NCBI GenBank assembly: GCA_032718475.1
Contig: JAUCBJ010000162.1
Span: 1 to 64,000, forward strand
Source: Nemertoderma westbladi
Lineage: Eukaryota; Animalia; Xenacoelomorpha
DNA: 64,000 bases
Direction: 5' to 3'
The notes beneath the pieces are model-generated. The model did not search any database, was not told the DNA's origin, and saw only the letters and a program-made list of their open reading frames with translations. The position numbers and the translations under genes were made by a program. Of this stretch, positions 58,801 to 64,000 are shown piece by piece (within the stretch, counting starts at the first letter, position 1; every line of letters starts with the position of its first letter).

Positions 58801-61800
58801 TTGCAACCCAACTATTACAGTGTTTGTTTATTGTTTAGATTACTAGTTCCTGGCAACCCAACTATTAGAGTGTTTGTTTTCTGTTTAGATTACTAGTTCC
58901 TGGCAACCCAACTATTAGAGTGTTTGTTTTCTGTTTAGATTACTAGTTCCTGGCAACCCAACTATTAGAGTGTTTGTTTATTGTTTAGATTACTAGTTCG
59001 TTGCAACCCAACTATTAGAGTGTTTGTTTACTGTTTAGATTACTAGTTCCTGGCAACCCTTCTATCGGAGTGTTTGTTTACTGTTTAGATTACTAGTTGT
59101 TGGCAACCCAATTATTAGTGTTTGTTTACTGTTTAGATTACTAGTTCCTGGCAACCCAGCTATTAGAGTGTTTGTTTATTGTTCTAGATTACTAGTTCCT
59201 GGCAACCCAACTATTAGAGTGTTTGTTTATTGTTTAGATTACTAGTTCCTGGCAACCCAACTATTAGAGTGTTTGTTTATTGTTTAGATTACTAGTTCGT
59301 TGCAACCCAACTATTAGAGTGTTTGTTTACTGTTTAGATTACTAGTTCCTGGCAACCCAGCTATTAGAGTGTTTGTTTATTGTTTAGATTACTAGTTCCT
59401 GGCAACCCAACTATTAGAGTGTTTGTTTATTGTTTAGATTACTAGTTCCTGGCAACCCAGCTATTAGAGTGTTTTTTTATTGTTTATATTACTAGTTCCT
59501 GGCAACCCAACTATTAGAGTGTTTGTTTATTGTTTAGATTACTAGTTCCTGGCAAAACAACTATTACAGTGTTTGTTTATTGTTTAGATTACTAGTTCCT
59601 GGCAACCCAACTATTAGAGTGTTTGTTTACTGTTTAGATTACTAGTTCGTTGCAACCCAACTATTAGAGTGTTTGTTTACTGTATAGATTACTAGTTCCT
59701 GGCAACCCAACTATTAGAGTGTTTGTTTATTGTTTAGATTACTAGTTCCTGGCAACCCTTCTATCGGAGTGTTTGTTTACTGTTTAGATTACTAGTTCTT
59801 GGCAACCCAATTATTAGTGTTTGTTTACTGTTTAGATTACTAGTTCCTGGCAACCCAGCTATTAGAGTGTTTGTTTATTGTTTAGATTACTAGTTCCTGG
59901 CAACCCAACTATTAGAGTGTTTGTTTATTGTTTAGATTACTAGTTCCTGGCAACCCAACTATTAGAGTGTTTGTTTATTGTTTAGATTACTAGTTCGTTG
60001 CAACCCAACTATTAGAGTGTTTGTTTATTGTTTAGATTACTAGTTCCTGGCAACCCAGCTATTAGAGTGTTTTTTTATTGTTTAGATTACTAGTTCCTGG
60101 CAACCCAACTATTAGAGTGTTTGTTTATTGTTTAGATTACTAGTTCGTTGCAACCCAACTATTACAGTGTTTGTTTATTGTTTAGATTACTAGTTCCTGG
60201 CAACCCAACTATTAGAGTGTTTGTTTTCTGTTTAGATTACTAGTTCCTGGCAACCCAACTATTAGAGTGTTTGTTTTCTGTTTAGATTACTAGTTCCTGG
60301 CAACCCAACTATTAGAGTGTTTGTTTATTGTTTAGATTACTAGTTCGTTGCAACCCAACTATTAGAGTGTTTGTTTACTGTTTAGATTACTAGTTCCTGG
60401 CAACCCAGCTATTAGAGTGTTTGTTTATTGTTTAGATTACTAGTTCGTTGCAACCCAACTATTAGAGTGTTTGTTTTCTGTTTAGATTACTAGTTCGTTG
60501 CAACCCAACTATTAGAGTGTTTGTTTATTGTTTAGATTACTAGTTCCTGGCAACCCAACTATTAGAGTGTTTGTTTATTGTTTAGATTACTAGTTCCTGG
60601 CAACCCAACTATTAGAGTGTTTGTTTATTGTTTAGATTACTAGTTCGTTGCAACCCAACTATTAGAGTGTTTGTTTATTGTTTAGATTACTAGTTCCTGG
60701 CAACCCAACTATTAGAGTGTTTGTTTATTGTTTAGATTACTAGTTCGTTGCAACCCAACTATTAGAGTGTTTGTTTTCTGTTTAGATTACTAGTTCGTTG
60801 CAACCCAACTATTAGAGTGTTTGTTTTCTGTTTAGATTACTAGTTCGTTGCAACCCAACTATTAGAGTGTTTGTTTTCTGTTTAGATTACTAGTTCGTTG
60901 CAACCCAACTATTAGAGTGTTTGTTTATTGTTTAGATTACTAGTTCGTTGCAACCCAACTATTAGAGTGTTTGTTTATTGTATAGATTACTAGTTCCTGG
61001 CAACCCAACTATTAGAGTGTTTGTTTTCTGTTTAGATTACTAGTTCGTTGCAACCCAACTATTAGAGTGTTTGTTTATTGTTTAGATTACTAGTTCCTGG
61101 CAACCCAACTATTAGAGTGTTTGTTTATTGTTTAGATTACTAGTTCGTTGCAACCCAACTATTAGAGTGTTTGTTTACTGTTTAGATTATTAGTTCCTGG
61201 CAACCCAGCTATTAGAGTGTTTGTTTTCTGTTTAGATTACTAGTTCCTGGCAACCCAACTATTAGAGTGTTTGTTTATTGTTTAGATTACTAGTTCCTGG
61301 CAACCCAACTATTAGAGTGTTTGTTTACTGTTTAGATTACTAGTTCGTTGCAACCCAACTATTAGAGTGTTTGTTTATTGTTTAGATTACTAGTTCCTTG
61401 CAACCCAACTATTAGAGTGTTTGTTTATTGTTTAGATTACTAGTTCCTGGCAACCTAACTATTACAGTGTTTGTTTATTGTTTAGATTACTAGTTCCTGG
61501 CAACCCAACTATTAGAGTGTTTGTTTACTGTTTAGATTACTAGTTCCTGGCAACCCAACTATTAGAGTGTTTGTTTATTGTTTAGATTACTAGTTCCTGG
61601 CAACCCTTCTATCGGAGTGTTTGTTTATTGTTTAGATTACTAGTTCCTGGTGTTTAGATTACTAGTTCCTGGCAACCCAACTATTAGAGTGTTTGTTTTC
61701 TGTAAAGATTACTAGTTCCTGGCAACCGAACTATTAGAGTGTTTGTTTACTGTTTAGATTACTAGTTCCTGGCAACCCAACTATTAGCGTGTTTGTTTAT

Positions 61801-62175
61801 TGTTTAGATTACTAGTTCCTGGCAACCCAATTATTACAGTGTTTGTTTATTGTTTGGTTTACTACAGTAGTTCCTGGCAACCCAACTATTAGAGTGTTTG
61901 TTTACTGTTTAGATTACTAGTTCCTGGCAACCCTTCTATCGGAGTGTTTGTTTATTGTTTAGATTACTAGTTCCTGGCAACCCAACTATTAGAGTGTTTG
62001 TTTTCTGTTTAGATTACTAGTTCCTGGCAACCCAACTATTAGAGTGTTTGTTTATTGTTTAGATTACTAGTTCCTGGCAACCCAACTATTAGAGTGTTTG
62101 TTTATTGTTTAGATTAGTAGTTCCTGGCAACCCAAATATTAGAGTGTTTGTTTATTGTTTAGATTAGTAGTTCCT
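55868..62175 (+). repeat. Intronic satellite of 3' splice site + start of the next CFAP206 exon, 50-bp unit, about 125 copies
   Basis: Unit GTGTTTGTTTATTGTTTAG|ATTACTAGTTCCTGGCAACCCAACTATTAGA; spliced to exon F it reads R-LLVPGNP(T/S)I(R/G)V, the expected continuation of CFAP206. Confidence 0.93.
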
Positions 62176-64000
62176 GTTAGCTTATTCAATCCCGCCAACA
62201 CCCCATAAAGTTATAAGCCGATAAGCAATATTGGGAGCCACGAGATTGGGCAATTAACCAACTCGTGCCATCCCAATAAGAGTGGGAAGGAAGCACACAA
62301 TAGAGGGTCAGGGGCCAAACCCCTAACCCAGGGAGAACAAGTGGAGTGAACGGGAATACTCCACGGGGCGCCAACAAGGGTATTAACCAATCAGAGGGGG
62401 GGAATGGCATCGATTGAGTAGCAGTAAGGCCACCGTGCAATATAACCAATAACCTATTAATCAGTGATTCAGTTACCTCAGTGCAGCAGTGCTAGCGTAG
62501 GGTACAGTCAATTAGTTTAGTTAGGGGATCACGGGACTTTAGTTACCGTATCCCGCCTTGTACACATTATATCTATATCTATATCCTATGCCCTATTATT
62601 ATTATACACCGAACTTCAGAACTCAGTTACTTTATTTCACCCTTATACACGGCGGGGACGCGTGGACTAAATTACCACATCGGATAAATCGGGATCCCTC
62701 CTGGATCCCGTCACAGTAACTAAATCCGAGCTGCCGCCCCAGTTGAACTCTAAGAACTACACTGCTAGCTAGCCGAACTCCACCGACAAGACGAGATGAG
62801 TGAATCGGGCGAGACACCGACGCGGACCCCGGACGAAGATCAAACGATCCGCGAGGCCGCGACCAAGCGATACAGGCCCACGACGCCGGAGCCATCGATA
62901 ACGGGCGAACCGGAAGTTGAGGATGAGGGGGGCCTGGAACCCGAAGTCGAGCCAAGAGAGAGAGAGAGCGAGATGGAGGGAGAAGGAGATGAGTCGACAC
63001 GGAACGGAGAACGGCGCGCCGATGTCGCCGGCCAGCTACCGGCCGGGGGCGACGAGCGGCCCACCGAAACGGCGACGGTGGGGCCGACGGTGCGACGCCG
63101 GATGCAAAGAGACAGCGGAGAGATCGGTACCGATGTCGCCGGCCAGCTACAGGCCGAGGGCGACGGACGGCCCACCGGAACGGCGACGGTGGAGCCGCCG
63201 GTACGACGTCGAACCCGGAGGGACGGAGGAGAGGTCGGCGATGAGGACGTCGGGGTCTCCGAACGACTTCGACGGGCTTACATCGCGACCCGGAGACTAC
63301 TAGAGAAGGCCAGAAAAGGGAAAACGGTAGACGAGGTGAGACTGAGAAAGCGACTAGGTGAGTCGGATAGACACTTTAATTATCTTATACGTTTTGGGCA
63401 AAGAGAACTAGCCGAAACGAGAGCACGTGAAATTGCCGAGGAACTGTTTAAACTATTGGAATGTGGGAGTATGGAACCTAGCATAGCGTCAGTGTACATA
63501 GGGCCATACTTGATCGATGCCCGGGGAGTAAAACCAGTGGGTTGGAGGGGACTCGAAGGGGGCGAATCCGAGGTTAACACCGAGGATTCGGCCTCGTCGG
63601 TCGGAGAAAGCTCCGGGAAGTGGGGGAAAGTTAGTAGGTCAGGAAGGCGGGGGAACTCCGTCGTAACCGATAAGTCTGTTACATCTTCCGCGAAAGAAAG
63701 AGCGGTGAGAAAAATAGGTGCCGCATACCGTCTCAGCATGGCAGAGCAAGGTCACAGGGAAATGGGGAAACGGCTAGAGGAGGGGAGAGAGCGGTTAGCG
63801 AGGGAAGCGGCATTGATTAGAGAAACCGGAGAGAAGGCCGAAAGGGCTTTGAAAAGCCTAAGGGAGTGTGATGAGATAGAGGAAAGGGAGTGTAGGGAGC
63901 GTGAGGCGAGAGAGGAAAGGGAACGCGAGGAGCGTGAGGCGAGAGAGGAAAGGGAACGCAAGGAGCGTGAGGCGGAACGCAAGGAGCGTGAGGCGAGAGA
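62175..64000 (+). mobile_element. Probable retroelement (LTR-type, tentative) inserted into the satellite; truncated by window end
   Basis: Abrupt break mid-unit at TGTTAG, about 600 bp non-coding leader, then a long GC-rich ORF. Confidence 0.5.
62796..64000 (+). CDS. Open ORF of about 400 codons running off the window; gag-like with E/R-rich coiled coil
   Basis: Manual translation from ATG 62796 (MSESGETPTRTPDED...) has no stop to 64000; internal duplicated DVAGQL..GD.RPT.TATV motif; REAREERER repeats. No catalytic motif visible. Confidence 0.55.
   Translation, partial: MSESGETPTRTPDEDQTIREAATKRYRPTTPEPSITGEPEVEDEGGLEPEVEPRERESEMEGEGDESTRNGERRADVAGQLPAGGDERPTETATVGPTVRRRMQRDSGEIGTDVAGQLQAEGDGRPTGTATVEPPVRRRTRRDGGEVGDEDVGVSERLRRAYIATRRLLEKARKGKTVDEVRLRKRLGESDRHFNYLIRFGQRELAETRAREIAEELFKLLECGSMEPSIASVYIGPYLIDARGVKPVGWRGLEGGESEVNTEDSASSVGESSGKWGKVSRSGRRGNSVVTDKSVTSSAKERAVRKIGAAYRLSMAEQGHREMGKRLEEGRERLAREAALIRETGEKAERALKSLRECDEIEERECREREAREEREREEREAREERERKEREAERKEREAR

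Noticed and set aside
62186-63982. Minus-strand ORFs in the terminal element
   Set aside because: Shadows of the continuous plus-strand ORF starting at 62796.

Overview
AT-rich, repeat-rich eukaryotic (invertebrate animal-like) genomic DNA; no prokaryotic operons or CRISPR. Intronless or nearly intronless genes (SEC20/BNIP1, a C2H2 zinc finger, a class-3 lipase, a 4-TM protein, MPP10, a myotubularin, a DGAT2/MOGAT, a ZnF-AT-hook-Tudor protein) are mixed with a multi-exon ciliary gene, CFAP206. Six CFAP206 exons were reconstructed with consistent phases (28294-55858), and its large introns host three of these genes. Mobile DNA includes three RTE LINE copies, a deleted PIF/Harbinger element, several TIR MITEs with TSDs, an L2/CR1-like fragment and a probable retroelement running off the right edge. 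The most striking observation is that the three large satellites (33.65-37.56 kb, 44.56-46.80 kb, 55.87-62.17 kb) have unrelated units, yet each unit copies the adjacent exon/intron boundary. Two are exon-end plus CAG|GTGAGT donor arrays and one is a pyrimidine tract-AG| plus exon-start acceptor array, giving tens to over 100 decoy splice sites per intron. Gene names come from recognising translated motifs, not database searches; unit counts are length/period estimates.
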